Shown piece after piece: positions 19,915-29,699 of a DNA stretch of 64,000 nt (position 1 is its first letter; every line of letters starts with the position of its first letter). The notes under the pieces are model-generated. The model was not told the DNA's origin, searched no databases, and saw only the letters and a list, made by a program, of their open reading frames with translations. The DNA is from Escherichia phage DCP2, in sequence record OR780565.1; one strand, written 5' to 3'. The position numbers were made by a program, and so were the translations under genes.

Positions 19915-20460
19915 ATGAAATTTAATTATAATCCTGAATACACACCAAATCCGGTAGCTAAACTGATTGATTTTGATGTTGTAAGCACTTATGTATGCCC
20001 TGTTAAACCACTGGAAATTAAGGAACCTACTATGACTACCACTATTGAAATCGGCAAAACCTACAAACTGGTTGAACCTAAAATTAAAACTAATGCCTTG
20101 ATTTCTGGTCATAAAACTCTGACTGATGTTTTTGGCGAAGGCGAATTTATTGTTGAAGAATTTGCCAAAAGTGAGTGGTTTGACAAATCTTACGTCATCC
20201 ACAGTCGCCGGTTAGATAATAACAAAATAAAGAAAAACCTGGTTTATGAAGATGAGTTCATCCTGTTCCAAGAAGTTGAAGAACAAGACCCTACAGACCT
20301 GTTGTGTGCTGCTGTGTCTATCCGTCGTCCTTTTGATAATCCTATCTGTGGTTGGGTAACAGACCAGTGGGTTGAAGACGGTGTTGAGCTTCTGAACGTT
20401 GTCCATGCAGGAGATTTTAGTGTAGTACCTCGTAGTGCGGTGGTAGCTATTTTAAATTAA
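19915..20460 (+). CDS. hypothetical protein sharing a C-terminal domain with MotB (181 aa)
   Basis: C-terminal WVTDQWVEDGVELLNVV is repeated in the next gene. Confidence 0.55.
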   Translation: MKFNYNPEYTPNPVAKLIDFDVVSTYVCPVKPLEIKEPTMTTTIEIGKTYKLVEPKIKTNALISGHKTLTDVFGEGEFIVEEFAKSEWFDKSYVIHSRRLDNNKIKKNLVYEDEFILFQEVEEQDPTDLLCAAVSIRRPFDNPICGWVTDQWVEDGVELLNVVHAGDFSVVPRSAVVAILN

Positions 20461-20462
20461 TA

Positions 20463-20492
20463 GTTTACAAACTCTTGGGACCAGAGTATAAT
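20463..20492 (+). promoter_or_regulatory. T4-type early promoter
   Basis: GTTTAC 20463-20468, TATAAT 20487-20492 flanked by GGACCA / TGGTCC inverted repeat. Confidence 0.6.
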
Positions 20493-20536
20493 GGTCCTGT
20501 GGAGTATAAAATCTTTTTAACAAGTGAGAGATAACT

Positions 20537-21025
20537 ATGATTATTAATATTGGTGAAATTGCTCGTGTATCTGATAAATCCCGTTCTAAAGCAGCAGGAA
20601 AATTGGTCGAAATTGCAAGCATTCAGCTTAAACATGGCGTTAAAGATGAAGATTCTGAAGTAAAAGTGCGTATCATTCCTAAAGATGGAAAGTCTAAACC
20701 TCAGTTTGGCTATGTTCGTGCGAAATTTCTTGAATCTGCGTTTTTGAAAGCTGTTCCTGCTAAAGGAATTGAAACGATTGATACTTCACATGTAGGTGTA
20801 GACTTTAAGTGGAAACTCGGTCAGGCTATTAAGTTCATTGCTCCTCATGAATTTAAATTTATCAAAGATGGTGGTGCGGCTGTTTATACTCGTGCTATGT
20901 GCGCATACATTACTGATCAGTGGGTAGAAGATGGTGTTAAGCTGTACAACGTGGTATTTTTAGGAACATACAAAGTCATTCCTGAAAGCTGGATTAAACA
21001 CTATAGCAAAGCTCTCTATGCATAA
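20537..21025 (+). CDS. motB: MotB-like protein (162 aa)
   Basis: 162 aa, position between dexA cluster and gene 39 as in T4. Confidence 0.55.
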   Translation: MIINIGEIARVSDKSRSKAAGKLVEIASIQLKHGVKDEDSEVKVRIIPKDGKSKPQFGYVRAKFLESAFLKAVPAKGIETIDTSHVGVDFKWKLGQAIKFIAPHEFKFIKDGGAAVYTRAMCAYITDQWVEDGVKLYNVVFLGTYKVIPESWIKHYSKALYA

Positions 21026-21055
21026 AGTTTAAAATTTTTTCATAAAACTATATAC

Positions 21056-21098
21056 ATCAGTAGTTGATTATGGTACTATATCAATATCAACTACTGAT
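21056..21098 (+). repeat. 13-bp perfect inverted repeat enclosing a promoter -10-like element
   Basis: ATCAGTAGTTGAT (21056-21068) and ATCAACTACTGAT (21086-21098) separated by 17 nt containing TATGGTACTATATCAAT. Confidence 0.8.
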
Positions 21099-21197
21099 AC
21101 AGAAAACAACTTAGAGAATAAAATGGAAAATTTGCCAAAGGTGCTGCTACTCTTCTGAAACGCATCACTCCAATGTTCAATTAATGAGGAAATTGTA

Positions 21198-21413
21198 ATG
21201 AAACGTAAAATTGTTCAGAACTGCACTAATGACGAATTTGAAGATGTATTATTTGATCCAGATTTGGTAGTGGTTCAAAAAGAACATACCGTTAAGTTTA
21301 CTCACTTGACTTCGGTTTATGTGTATGAAAAGGTTGGTGATAAACAACCAATTTATGGCGTATTTCGTGAAATTACTGAAGATGGCACAACTTACTGGAA
21401 GGAAATTTATTAA
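21198..21413 (+). CDS. hypothetical protein (71 aa)
   Basis: GAGGAAA RBS. Confidence 0.5.
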   Translation: MKRKIVQNCTNDEFEDVLFDPDLVVVQKEHTVKFTHLTSVYVYEKVGDKQPIYGVFREITEDGTTYWKEIY

Positions 21414-21832
21414 TGGCTATTAGATTTGAAGTTAATAAATGGTATCAATTTAAAAATAAACAAGCTCAAGAAAATTTTATTAAAGACCATACTGATAACA
21501 GAATCTATGCACGACGTTTAGGTATGGAACCTTTTAAAATTTTAGATGTTGACTATTACGGGCGTCCTACTAAAATTGTGACATCTACTGGCATAATTGG
21601 ATATTCAACATATGGTACAGTCATTGACGAAAACTTTATCTGGCTCTCTACTAACGAAGCTGGGTTCTTTGATGAAGTGGAAAATCCATATCAGGTTGCT
21701 GAAGAACAAGAGCAGGAAGAGCAAGAACAAATAGAAGATTTCACAGAATTCCCGGTAATGAAAGTTACTATTGAAAATAATGAACAGGCATGGTCCTTGT
21801 ATCAGATGTTGAAAGCACACTTTAAGGAATAA
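21413..21832 (+). CDS. hypothetical protein with acidic EQ-rich segment (139 aa)
   Basis: ATGA-type overlap with upstream ORF. Confidence 0.5.
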   Translation: MAIRFEVNKWYQFKNKQAQENFIKDHTDNRIYARRLGMEPFKILDVDYYGRPTKIVTSTGIIGYSTYGTVIDENFIWLSTNEAGFFDEVENPYQVAEEQEQEEQEQIEDFTEFPVMKVTIENNEQAWSLYQMLKAHFKE

Positions 21833-21834
21833 TT

Positions 21835-22011
21835 ATGCCAATGTATGATTATAAATGCCAATCCGAAGATTGTGGGCATGAATATGAAAAAATTAAAAAG
21901 ATTTCTGAACGAGAAAATGATGTTTGCCCTAAATGTCATCGTTTGTCTACTCGTCGGCCTTCTGCTCCTAAGCATGTGAATGGTGGATTTTACGACTTAC
22001 TTAAAGGGTAA
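21835..22011 (+). CDS. FmdB-family zinc-ribbon protein (58 aa)
   Basis: MPMYDYKCQSEDCGHEYE...CPKCH: two CxxC pairs in the FmdB arrangement; below track cut-off. Confidence 0.5.
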   Translation: MPMYDYKCQSEDCGHEYEKIKKISERENDVCPKCHRLSTRRPSAPKHVNGGFYDLLKG

Positions 22012-22013
22012 TT

Positions 22014-22385
22014 ATGTTTAAAATTGGTAAGAAATATCGTGTTCGCGAAGGTGAAGAAAAGAAATATCTACTTTCTTCTATTTATAGGAATGGTTCTATT
22101 AATGCCGTAATATCTACAAGCGAATTTATCGTTGAAGATATGAAAGGCCATAATGTTACAATGATTAGTACAGCATCTGGAAATGATGGAAAAATTCTTC
22201 ACAGTTTTCAGAGTAATGTTCTAATTTATGATGAAGAATTTGACTTCTTCGAAGAAGTTCCTGAAGATTTTGATTTTGAATGCACTATCACTATGAAATC
22301 TGGTGACCCTCTTTCTTTTACAGTTAAAGATGAAAGAAGTCGCTTGAGAATTATTAGTCTCCTTCAAGCCATTAAATTTGAGTGA
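22014..22385 (+). CDS. hypothetical protein (123 aa)
   Basis: ORF packed tightly after the preceding gene. Confidence 0.5.
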   Translation: MFKIGKKYRVREGEEKKYLLSSIYRNGSINAVISTSEFIVEDMKGHNVTMISTASGNDGKILHSFQSNVLIYDEEFDFFEEVPEDFDFECTITMKSGDPLSFTVKDERSRLRIISLLQAIKFE

Positions 22386-22389
22386 AATT

Positions 22390-22650
22390 ATGAAATATGT
22401 TAATCGTTCTATCGCGGCATTAGTATTAGCAGTATCTTTAGTAGGATGTACTGATGCTGATAATGCAACCAAAGTTTTGTCTTCAAGCGGTTTTACTAAT
22501 ATTGAAATCACTGGATATAATTGGTTCGGTTGCTCTGAAAATGATTTCCAACATACTGGATTTCGTGCTATTGGACCTACCGGGCAGAAAGTAGAAGGAA
22601 CAGTATGTTCTGGTCTATTCTTCAAGGATTCGACTATCCGTTTTAAATAA
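22390..22650 (+). CDS. putative lipoprotein (86 aa)
   Basis: Signal peptide with lipobox LVGC. Confidence 0.5.
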   Translation: MKYVNRSIAALVLAVSLVGCTDADNATKVLSSSGFTNIEITGYNWFGCSENDFQHTGFRAIGPTGQKVEGTVCSGLFFKDSTIRFK

Positions 22651-22667
22651 AAGGCCTTCGGGCCTTT
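22651..22667 (+). terminator. GC hairpin with UUCG loop (terminator/RNA stability element)
   Basis: AAGGCC-TTCG-GGCCTT directly after stop codon; short T tract. Confidence 0.5.
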
Positions 22668-22719
22668 AGCTTTATGATTACTGGAGTATAATATTCCCGA
22701 AACCAAACGAGGATAAGTG

Positions 22720-24537
22720 ATGATTAAGAATGAAATTAAAATTCTGAGCGATATTGAACATATCAAAAAGCGTAGCGGCATGTACATTGGTTCTTCTGCT
22801 AATGAAATGCATGAGCGCTTTCTGTTTGGTAAATGGGAAAGTGTTCAGTATGTACCTGGTCTTGTTAAGCTTATTGATGAAATTATCGATAACTCAGTAG
22901 ATGAAGGTATTCGTACTAAGTTTAAATTCGCAAATAAAATTAATGTTACCATTAAAAATAATCAGGTAACAGTTGAAGATAACGGTCGTGGTATTCCACA
23001 GGCGATGGTTAAAACACCTACCGGTGAAGAAATTCCTGGTCCTGTTGCTGCCTGGACTATTCCAAAAGCAGGTGGTAACTTTGGTGATGATAAAGAACGC
23101 GTCACCGGCGGTATGAACGGTGTTGGTTCTAGTTTAACTAACATTTTTTCTGTGATGTTTGTCGGTGAAACTGGCGACGGTCAAAATAATATTGTGGTTC
23201 GCTGCTCGAATGGCATGGAAAATAAATCATGGGAAGATATTCCTGGAAAATGGAAAGGAACTCGCGTTACTTTCATTCCTGATTTTATGTCATTTGAAAC
23301 TAATGAGCTATCTCAAGTTTATCTTGACATTACACTAGATCGTCTCCAGACACTTGCGGTAGTTTATCCTGATATTCAATTTACCTTTAATGGTAAAAAG
23401 GTTCAGGGTAATTTTAAGAAATATGCACGCCAATATGATGAACATGCTATTGTTCAAGAACAAGAAAATTGTTCTATTGCGGTTGGTCGTTCACCGGATG
23501 GTTTTCGTCAATTAACATACGTCAATAACATTCATACTAAGAATGGTGGCCATCACATTGACTGTGTTATGGATGATATTTGTGAAGACCTTATTCCACA
23601 AATCAAACGTAAATTCAAAATTGATGTAACTAAAGCACGTGTTAAAGAATGTTTGACTATCGTTATGTTTGTCCGTGATATGAAAAACATGCGATTTGAT
23701 TCTCAAACTAAAGAGCGTTTGACTTCTCCATTTGGTGAAATTCGTAGTCATATTCAGCTTGATGCTAAAAAGATTTCACGTGCTATTTTGAATAATGAAG
23801 CAATTTTAATGCCAATCATTGAAGCTGCTTTGGCTCGTAAATTGGCGGCAGAAAAAGCAGCAGAAACTAAAGCAGCTAAAAAGGCTTCTAAAGCTAAGGT
23901 TCATAAACATATTAAAGCGAATCTTTGTGGTAAAGATGCTGACACTACTCTTTTCTTGACTGAGGGTGATTCTGCTATTGGATATCTTATTGATGTTCGT
24001 GATAAAGAACTTCATGGTGGTTATCCATTGCGTGGTAAAGTTCTTAACAGTTGGGGTATGTCATATGCTGATATGCTTAAAAACAAAGAACTATTTGATA
24101 TTTGCGCAATCACTGGATTAGTTCTTGGTGAAAAAGCTGAAAACTTGAATTATCATAATATTGCAATTATGACCGATGCTGACCATGATGGTCTAGGAAG
24201 CATTTATCCTTCTCTGCTCGGATTTTTTAGTAATTGGCCAGAATTGTTTGAACAAGGAAGAATTCGCTTTGTCAAAACTCCTGTAATCATCGCTCAGGTA
24301 GGTAAAAAACAAGAATGGTTTTATACAGTCGCTGAATATGAGAGTGCTAAAGATGCTCTACCTAAACATAGCATCCGTTATATTAAGGGACTTGGCTCTT
24401 TGGAAAAATCTGAATATCGCGAGATGATTCAAAACCCAGTATATGATGTTGTTAAACTTCCTGAGAACTGGAAAGAGCTTTTTGAAATGCTCATGGGAGA
24501 TAATGCTGACCTTCGTAAAGAATGGATGAGCCAGTAG
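22720..24537 (+). CDS. 39: DNA topoisomerase II large subunit gp39, uninterrupted (605 aa)
   Basis: GHKL ATPase and TOPRIM regions in a single ORF that includes the part encoded by separate gene 60 in T4. Confidence 0.92.
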   Translation: MIKNEIKILSDIEHIKKRSGMYIGSSANEMHERFLFGKWESVQYVPGLVKLIDEIIDNSVDEGIRTKFKFANKINVTIKNNQVTVEDNGRGIPQAMVKTPTGEEIPGPVAAWTIPKAGGNFGDDKERVTGGMNGVGSSLTNIFSVMFVGETGDGQNNIVVRCSNGMENKSWEDIPGKWKGTRVTFIPDFMSFETNELSQVYLDITLDRLQTLAVVYPDIQFTFNGKKVQGNFKKYARQYDEHAIVQEQENCSIAVGRSPDGFRQLTYVNNIHTKNGGHHIDCVMDDICEDLIPQIKRKFKIDVTKARVKECLTIVMFVRDMKNMRFDSQTKERLTSPFGEIRSHIQLDAKKISRAILNNEAILMPIIEAALARKLAAEKAAETKAAKKASKAKVHKHIKANLCGKDADTTLFLTEGDSAIGYLIDVRDKELHGGYPLRGKVLNSWGMSYADMLKNKELFDICAITGLVLGEKAENLNYHNIAIMTDADHDGLGSIYPSLLGFFSNWPELFEQGRIRFVKTPVIIAQVGKKQEWFYTVAEYESAKDALPKHSIRYIKGLGSLEKSEYREMIQNPVYDVVKLPENWKELFEMLMGDNADLRKEWMSQ

Positions 24538-24566
24538 TTTACTTTACCACAAGGATGTGGTATAAT
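24537..24566 (+). promoter_or_regulatory. T4-type early promoter
   Basis: GTTTAC 24537-24542, TATAAT 24561-24566. Confidence 0.6.
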
Positions 24567-24591
24567 TAATTGGGCAAATGAGGATATTGAA

Positions 24592-24795
24592 ATGAAATCA
24601 TATAAAGTAAATTTAGAACTTTTTGATAAAGCAGTTCACCGAGAATATAGAATCATTCAACGCTTTTTCGATATGGGAGAAGCCGAAGAGTTTAAAAACC
24701 GCTTTAAGGATATTAGAGATAAAATTCAATCCGACACCGCAACCAAAGATGAATTACTAGAAGTTGCTGAAGTTATTAAACGCAATATGAATTAA
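24592..24795 (+). CDS. hypothetical protein (67 aa)
   Basis: GAGGA RBS downstream of promoter. Confidence 0.5.
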   Translation: MKSYKVNLELFDKAVHREYRIIQRFFDMGEAEEFKNRFKDIRDKIQSDTATKDELLEVAEVIKRNMN

Positions 24796-24805
24796 TGAGG
24801 AAATT

Positions 24806-26983
24806 ATGATTATCACCACTGAAAAAGAAACAATTCTTGGTAATGGTTCTAAATCAAAAGCATTTAGCATCACAGCATCTCCTAAAGTATTTAAAATTCT
24901 ATCATCTGATTTGTATACAAACAAGATTCGCGCAGTAGTTCGTGAATTGATTACCAACATGATTGATGCCCATGCTCTCAATGGAAATCCTGAAAAATTT
25001 ATCATTCAAGTTCCAGGACGATTAGATCCGCGATTTGTTTGCCGAGATTTTGGTCCGGGTATGAGCGATTTTGATATTCAGGGTGATGATAATTCTCCTG
25101 GGTTGTATAATTCATACTTCAGTTCATCTAAGGCTGAATCTAACGATTTCATTGGTGGATTTGGTTTAGGTTCTAAATCTCCGTTTAGTTATACTGATAC
25201 GTTTAGTATTACTTCGTACCATAAAGGTGAAATTCGCGGTTATGTAGCTTATATGGATGGTGACGGTCCGCAGATTAAACCTACATTCGTAAAAGAAATG
25301 GGTCCAGACGATAAAACTGGTATTGAAATCGTAGTTCCAGTTGAAGAAAAAGACTTTAGAAACTTTGCTTATGAAGTTTCTTATATCATGCGACCATTCA
25401 AAGATTTGGCTATCATTAATGGTCTTGACCGTGAAATTGATTATTTTCCGGATTTTGATGACTATTACGGCGTAAATCCAGAAAGATACTGGCCAGATCG
25501 TGGTGGATTGTATGCTATCTATGGTGGTATTGTTTATCCTATTGATGGTGTTATTAGAGACCGTAACTGGTTAAGCATTCGCAATGAAGTGAATTATATT
25601 AAGTTTCCAATGGGTTCACTTGATATTGCTCCATCACGTGAGGCTCTTTCACTAGATGATCGTACTCGTAAAAATATTATTGAGCGTGTTAAAGAGCTCA
25701 GTGAGAAGGCATTTAATGAAGATGTAAAACGATTTAAAGAATCTACATCTCCTCGTCATACATACCGTGAATTGATGAAGATGGGGTATTCTGCTCGAGA
25801 TTATATGATTAGTAATTCGGTCAAATTCACGACTAAAAATCTGTCATATAAAAAGATGCAGAGCATGTTTGAACCTGACAGTAAGTTATGCAATGCAGGG
25901 GTTGTGTATGAAGTAAATCTTGACCCTCGACTGAAACGCATTAAGCAAAGTCATGAAACTTCAGCCGTTGCATCAAGTTATCGTCTGTTTGGTATTAACA
26001 CAACAAAAATTAATATCGTTATTGATAATATTAAAAATCGTGTTAATATTGTCCGTGGATTAGCACGTGCGTTAGATGATAATGAATTTAATAACACCTT
26101 AAATATTCATCACAATGAACGCCTTTTGTTTATTAATCCGGAAGTAGAATCACAGATTGATTTGCTTCCTGATATTATGGCAATGTTTGAAAGTGATGAA
26201 GTTAACATTCATTATTTGTCAGAAATTGAAGCTTTAGTTAAAAGTTATATTCCAAAGGCAGTAAAAAGTACAGCTCCTCGTCCTAAAGCTGCCACTGCAT
26301 TTAAGTTTGAAATTAAAGACGGGCGCTGGGAAAAAGAGGAGTTGTTTACACTTACGTCAGAAGCAGATGAAATTACTGGTTATGTAGCATACATGCATCG
26401 TTCTGATATTTTCTCTATGGATGGTACTACATCGCTTTGTCATCCATCTACGAATATTTTGATTCGTATGGCTAATCTTATTGGCATTAATGAATTTTAT
26501 GTTATTCGTCCGCTTTTGCAGAAAAAGGTAAAAGAACTTGGTCAGTGCCAATGTATTTTTGAAACTTTGCGTGATTTATATGTAGATGCTTTTGATGATG
26601 TAGATTATGATAAGTATGTAGGTTATTCAAGTTCAGCTAAACGATATATTGATAAAATTATCAAGTATCCTGAGTTAGATTTTATGATGAAGTACTTCAG
26701 TGTAGATGAAGTTTCCGAAGAATATACACGACTCGCTAATATGGTTAGTTCATTACAGGGTGTATATTTTAATGGTGGAAAAGATACCATCGGTCATGAC
26801 ATCTGGACGGTAACTAATCTTTTTGATGTATTATCAAATAATGCTTCAAAAAACAGTGATAAAATGGTTGCTGAGTTTACCAAGAAATTCCGTATTGTTT
26901 CCGACTTCATCGGTTATCGCAACTCTTTAAGTGATGATGAAGTTTCCCAAATCGCTAAAACTATGAAGGCCCTTGCGGCCTAA
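24806..26983 (+). CDS. rIIA: rIIA protein
   Basis: 725 aa; N-terminal GHKL-like ATPase motifs; matches T4 rIIA. Confidence 0.92.
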   Translation: MIITTEKETILGNGSKSKAFSITASPKVFKILSSDLYTNKIRAVVRELITNMIDAHALNGNPEKFIIQVPGRLDPRFVCRDFGPGMSDFDIQGDDNSPGLYNSYFSSSKAESNDFIGGFGLGSKSPFSYTDTFSITSYHKGEIRGYVAYMDGDGPQIKPTFVKEMGPDDKTGIEIVVPVEEKDFRNFAYEVSYIMRPFKDLAIINGLDREIDYFPDFDDYYGVNPERYWPDRGGLYAIYGGIVYPIDGVIRDRNWLSIRNEVNYIKFPMGSLDIAPSREALSLDDRTRKNIIERVKELSEKAFNEDVKRFKESTSPRHTYRELMKMGYSARDYMISNSVKFTTKNLSYKKMQSMFEPDSKLCNAGVVYEVNLDPRLKRIKQSHETSAVASSYRLFGINTTKINIVIDNIKNRVNIVRGLARALDDNEFNNTLNIHHNERLLFINPEVESQIDLLPDIMAMFESDEVNIHYLSEIEALVKSYIPKAVKSTAPRPKAATAFKFEIKDGRWEKEELFTLTSEADEITGYVAYMHRSDIFSMDGTTSLCHPSTNILIRMANLIGINEFYVIRPLLQKKVKELGQCQCIFETLRDLYVDAFDDVDYDKYVGYSSSAKRYIDKIIKYPELDFMMKYFSVDEVSEEYTRLANMVSSLQGVYFNGGKDTIGHDIWTVTNLFDVLSNNASKNSDKMVAEFTKKFRIVSDFIGYRNSLSDDEVSQIAKTMKALAA

Positions 26984-26994
26984 TAAGGAAAATT

Positions 26995-27933
26995 ATGTAC
27001 AATATTAAATGCCTGACCAAAAACGAACAAGCTGAAATTGTCAAACTGTATTCAAGCGGTAATTATACCCAACAGGAATTGGCTGATTGGCAAGGTGTAT
27101 CGGTTGACACAATCCGTCGTGTTTTGAAAAATGCTGAAGAAGCTGAGCGTTCCAAAGTTACCATTAGCGGTGACATTACAGTTGAAGTTAAGAGTGATGT
27201 AGCTATTGCTCCAGTTGCTAAATCTGACATTATTTGGAATGCATCTAAAAAATTCATTTCAATTACTGTTGATGGCGTAACTTATAACGCAACTCCTAAT
27301 ACTCATTCAAACTTTCAGGAAATTCTTAACCTGCTTGTTGCAGATAAATTGGAAGAAGCGGCACAAAAAATTAATGTTCGTCGCGCCGTTGAAAAATATA
27401 TTTCCGGTGATGTTCGAATTGAAGGTGGAAGCCTGTTCTATCAAAATATTGAATTGCGGTCTGGTTTAGTTGATCGTATTCTCGATTCGATGGAAAAAGG
27501 TGAAAACTTTGAATTTTATTTTCCGTTCTTGGAAAATCTGCTGGAAAACCCAAGCCAAAAAGCAGTATCTCGACTCTTTGATTTCTTGGTAGCAAACGAT
27601 ATTGAAATTACAGAAGACGGTTACTTCTATGCTTGGAAAGTAGTTCGCAGCAATTACTTTGACTGTCATTCAAATACTTTTGATAACAGCCCTGGTAAAG
27701 TAGTTAAAATGCCACGTACTCGTGTGAATGACGATGATACACAAACTTGTTCTCGCGGTCTGCATGTGTGTTCTAAATCTTATATTCGTCACTTTGGCAG
27801 TTCAACCAGCCGAGTTGTAAAAGTTAAAGTACATCCTCGCGATGTAGTATCAATTCCGATTGATTACAACGATGCTAAAATGCGTACCTGCCAATACGAA
27901 GTAATTGAAGACGTTACTGAACAATTTAAATAA
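26995..27933 (+). CDS. rIIB: rIIB protein
   Basis: 312 aa directly after rIIA. Confidence 0.9.
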   Translation: MYNIKCLTKNEQAEIVKLYSSGNYTQQELADWQGVSVDTIRRVLKNAEEAERSKVTISGDITVEVKSDVAIAPVAKSDIIWNASKKFISITVDGVTYNATPNTHSNFQEILNLLVADKLEEAAQKINVRRAVEKYISGDVRIEGGSLFYQNIELRSGLVDRILDSMEKGENFEFYFPFLENLLENPSQKAVSRLFDFLVANDIEITEDGYFYAWKVVRSNYFDCHSNTFDNSPGKVVKMPRTRVNDDDTQTCSRGLHVCSKSYIRHFGSSTSRVVKVKVHPRDVVSIPIDYNDAKMRTCQYEVIEDVTEQFK

Positions 27934-27947
27934 GGGCTTCGGCCCTT
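27932..27947 (+). terminator. GC hairpin with UUCG loop after rIIB
   Basis: AAGGGC-TTCG-GCCCTT; no T tract, so possibly a stability element rather than a terminator. Confidence 0.45.
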
Positions 27948-27961
27948 AACTGAGGAAAATT

Positions 27962-28156
27962 ATGTTAGGTTATCAAGCACGAGTAAAAGAAGAATACGAT
28001 CAATTAATGCTCAAAATTAATGCACTGAGCAAATTTTTAGAAAGCACAAAGTTTCTAACGATTAATGAAGTTGAGCAAGAACTGCTGCTTTCACAGTTTA
28101 TCTCAATGAAATCTTACGCAGATTGTTTAGAGAAAAGAATTGCACAATTCAAATAA
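27962..28156 (+). CDS. hypothetical protein (64 aa)
   Basis: GAGGAAAA RBS. Confidence 0.5.
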   Translation: MLGYQARVKEEYDQLMLKINALSKFLESTKFLTINEVEQELLLSQFISMKSYADCLEKRIAQFK

Positions 28157-28159
28157 AAT

Positions 28160-28181
28160 AAGGGCTTCGGCCCTTTTGTTT
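28160..28181 (+). terminator. intrinsic terminator
   Basis: AAGGGC-TTCG-GCCCTT hairpin followed by TTTTGTTTT. Confidence 0.7.
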
Positions 28182-28242
28182 TAAGAGAAATTATGATTTA
28201 TTATATGAATACCAGTGATTCAGACATAAAAGGAAAGTCTAA

Positions 28243-28800
28243 ATGCAGAAAACGAATCCGGGTTTACAGAGACTATTTCAGATTCCGACATTTACCCTAT
28301 CGAACAATGATTTGACTAGTGAAATGAAGGTCAAAATTGCTGATACAGCAAGATACTCTTTAAAACAAAATCCTAATCAGGATAAAGCAGAAGTTATTGA
28401 AAGATGTCGTATCGCTGTGTACGCAGAATTTTTTGTAGCAGATTGGCTAAGCGGGTACGTTAACAAAGGCCAAGAGGATGTTAATGACCCGTATACATAT
28501 GCATGGGATGTATTAGCGCATCCAAAATACTGTGGGCTTCGTGTAGAAGTTAAGACACATCAAACTGACTCACGTTGGATTTCTGTAACAACAGGATGCA
28601 GCGGAGAGTATCCATATGGTTCTGGAATAAATCTAGGGCCTATTCTAAATCATCAAGTCGCTGACTGTATAATTATATTCAACACTAAAGAAATTCATCC
28701 AGGTGTCATCCAGTACACTCCGAAGTTCATCGGTGATAGAGAAGACCTTCGTAAGGTTGTAAGAAAAAGCAACTACAGCGGATGGTATCTTTCCATTTAA
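28243..28800 (+). CDS. denB: endonuclease IV (DenB)-like protein (185 aa)
   Basis: 185 aa ORF directly downstream of the rIIB region as in T4. Confidence 0.65.
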   Translation: MQKTNPGLQRLFQIPTFTLSNNDLTSEMKVKIADTARYSLKQNPNQDKAEVIERCRIAVYAEFFVADWLSGYVNKGQEDVNDPYTYAWDVLAHPKYCGLRVEVKTHQTDSRWISVTTGCSGEYPYGSGINLGPILNHQVADCIIIFNTKEIHPGVIQYTPKFIGDREDLRKVVRKSNYSGWYLSI

Positions 28801-28816
28801 AAAATTTCACAAAATG

Positions 28817-28847
28817 GTTTACATACCACAAGGACCGTGGTACTATA
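28817..28847 (+). promoter_or_regulatory. T4-type early promoter
   Basis: GTTTAC 28817-28822, TACTAT 28841-28846, conserved leader CTATCAACTAC. Confidence 0.6.
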
Positions 28848-28873
28848 CAACTATCAACTACAGAGGAACAAAA

Positions 28874-29137
28874 ATGAAATTTAAATTCTTTTATGTTAAA
28901 CATAAAATCACAGGTGAATTTGTTCATGTACAATATTCTGAAATTGACGATGCAACATCATTTATTTCATTGGGATTGTCTAAATATGAATCAGACCAAC
29001 CATATCTTACTGATAAATTGCAACAAGAGCGTTTGTTGAATGGTGATTTAAACAATTCTTGGGAAGTTCTTATTTACGATGATTTAAAGAAAGCTATTAA
29101 AGAAAATAATCTTGAAATCATTGAGATTGAACTATGA
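28874..29137 (+). CDS. hypothetical protein (87 aa)
   Basis: ATG after AGAGGAA RBS downstream of promoter (track start 28814 precedes the promoter). Confidence 0.5.
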   Translation: MKFKFFYVKHKITGEFVHVQYSEIDDATSFISLGLSKYESDQPYLTDKLQQERLLNGDLNNSWEVLIYDDLKKAIKENNLEIIEIEL

Positions 29138-29220
29138 GTTCACTATGGTGGTGTTTTGTTTGGTTAATTAGTATTCCAGTAATTTGTTTAATATTTACTT
29201 TTGTGATGAGGTTATTATGA
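29134..29220 (+). CDS. small hydrophobic peptide (28 aa)
   Basis: ATGA overlap with upstream ORF; single TM-like segment; very short so uncertain. Confidence 0.3.
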   Translation: MSSLWWCFVWLISIPVICLIFTFVMRLL

Positions 29221-29315
29221 AAATTTTGAATTCTGTACTTATTGCTTGTGCGTGGTGGGTTGCACAGGTTTCAGCGGTAGTAGTTGGTATTCACATTTAT
29301 TACGAATATTTTTAA
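29217..29315 (+). CDS. small hydrophobic peptide (32 aa)
   Basis: ATGA overlap; TM-like; very short. Confidence 0.3.
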   Translation: MKILNSVLIACAWWVAQVSAVVVGIHIYYEYF

Positions 29316-29322
29316 AAAAGTT

Positions 29323-29353
29323 GTTTACAAGACTGTTCTTCCGTGGTACTATT
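29323..29353 (+). promoter_or_regulatory. T4-type early promoter
   Basis: GTTTAC 29323-29328, TACTAT 29347-29352, leader CTATCAACTAC. Confidence 0.6.
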
Positions 29354-29380
29354 ACCCTATCAACTACGGAGGAACAGAAA

Positions 29381-29494
29381 ATGAAAAAGATTGTTAAAGC
29401 TATATGGAATGTAGTTATAATACTAGTAGTTTTGAGTATATTCCTAATCGTTTTAATGATTGATGTATTAAACGCTTACTTTGGATTTATGTGA
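29381..29494 (+). CDS. small membrane peptide (37 aa)
   Basis: GGAGGAA RBS, ATG 29381; one TM helix. Confidence 0.45.
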   Translation: MKKIVKAIWNVVIILVVLSIFLIVLMIDVLNAYFGFM

Positions 29495-29501
29495 GGAAAA
29501 T

Positions 29502-29699
29502 ATGAAGCGTAAACGCAGTGCTTTTACATTTATTGAATGGTTTTTCGATAATATTTTTCCGGCTTTATTCATTTTCATGCTGATTTTTGCCTTAGGTTCA
29601 GTTGTAGTTGGAATCTATTTGATGACAGTAGTCGGAATTGATATTCATCAAAATGGTTTAAAATCCGTGGTTGAAACAATTTGGAATGGTGTAAAATGA
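29502..29699 (+). CDS. small membrane protein (65 aa)
   Basis: GAGGAAAA RBS; basic N-terminus then hydrophobic helices. Confidence 0.5.
   Translation: MKRKRSAFTFIEWFFDNIFPALFIFMLIFALGSVVVGIYLMTVVGIDIHQNGLKSVVETIWNGVK

Noticed and set aside
22221-22787. 188-aa minus-strand ORF
   Set aside because: Antisense to three tightly packed plus-strand genes and the start of gene 39; no RBS; no independent support.
26963-26983. AGGCC-CTTGC-GGCCT hairpin as a terminator
   Set aside because: Lies within the last codons of rIIA and overlaps its stop codon, with no U tract and rIIB following immediately; probably coding constraint or at most a stability element.
28193-28315. 40-codon ORF upstream of denB in another frame
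   Set aside because: Overlaps the denB start out of frame; the 185-aa frame matches the expected denB length.
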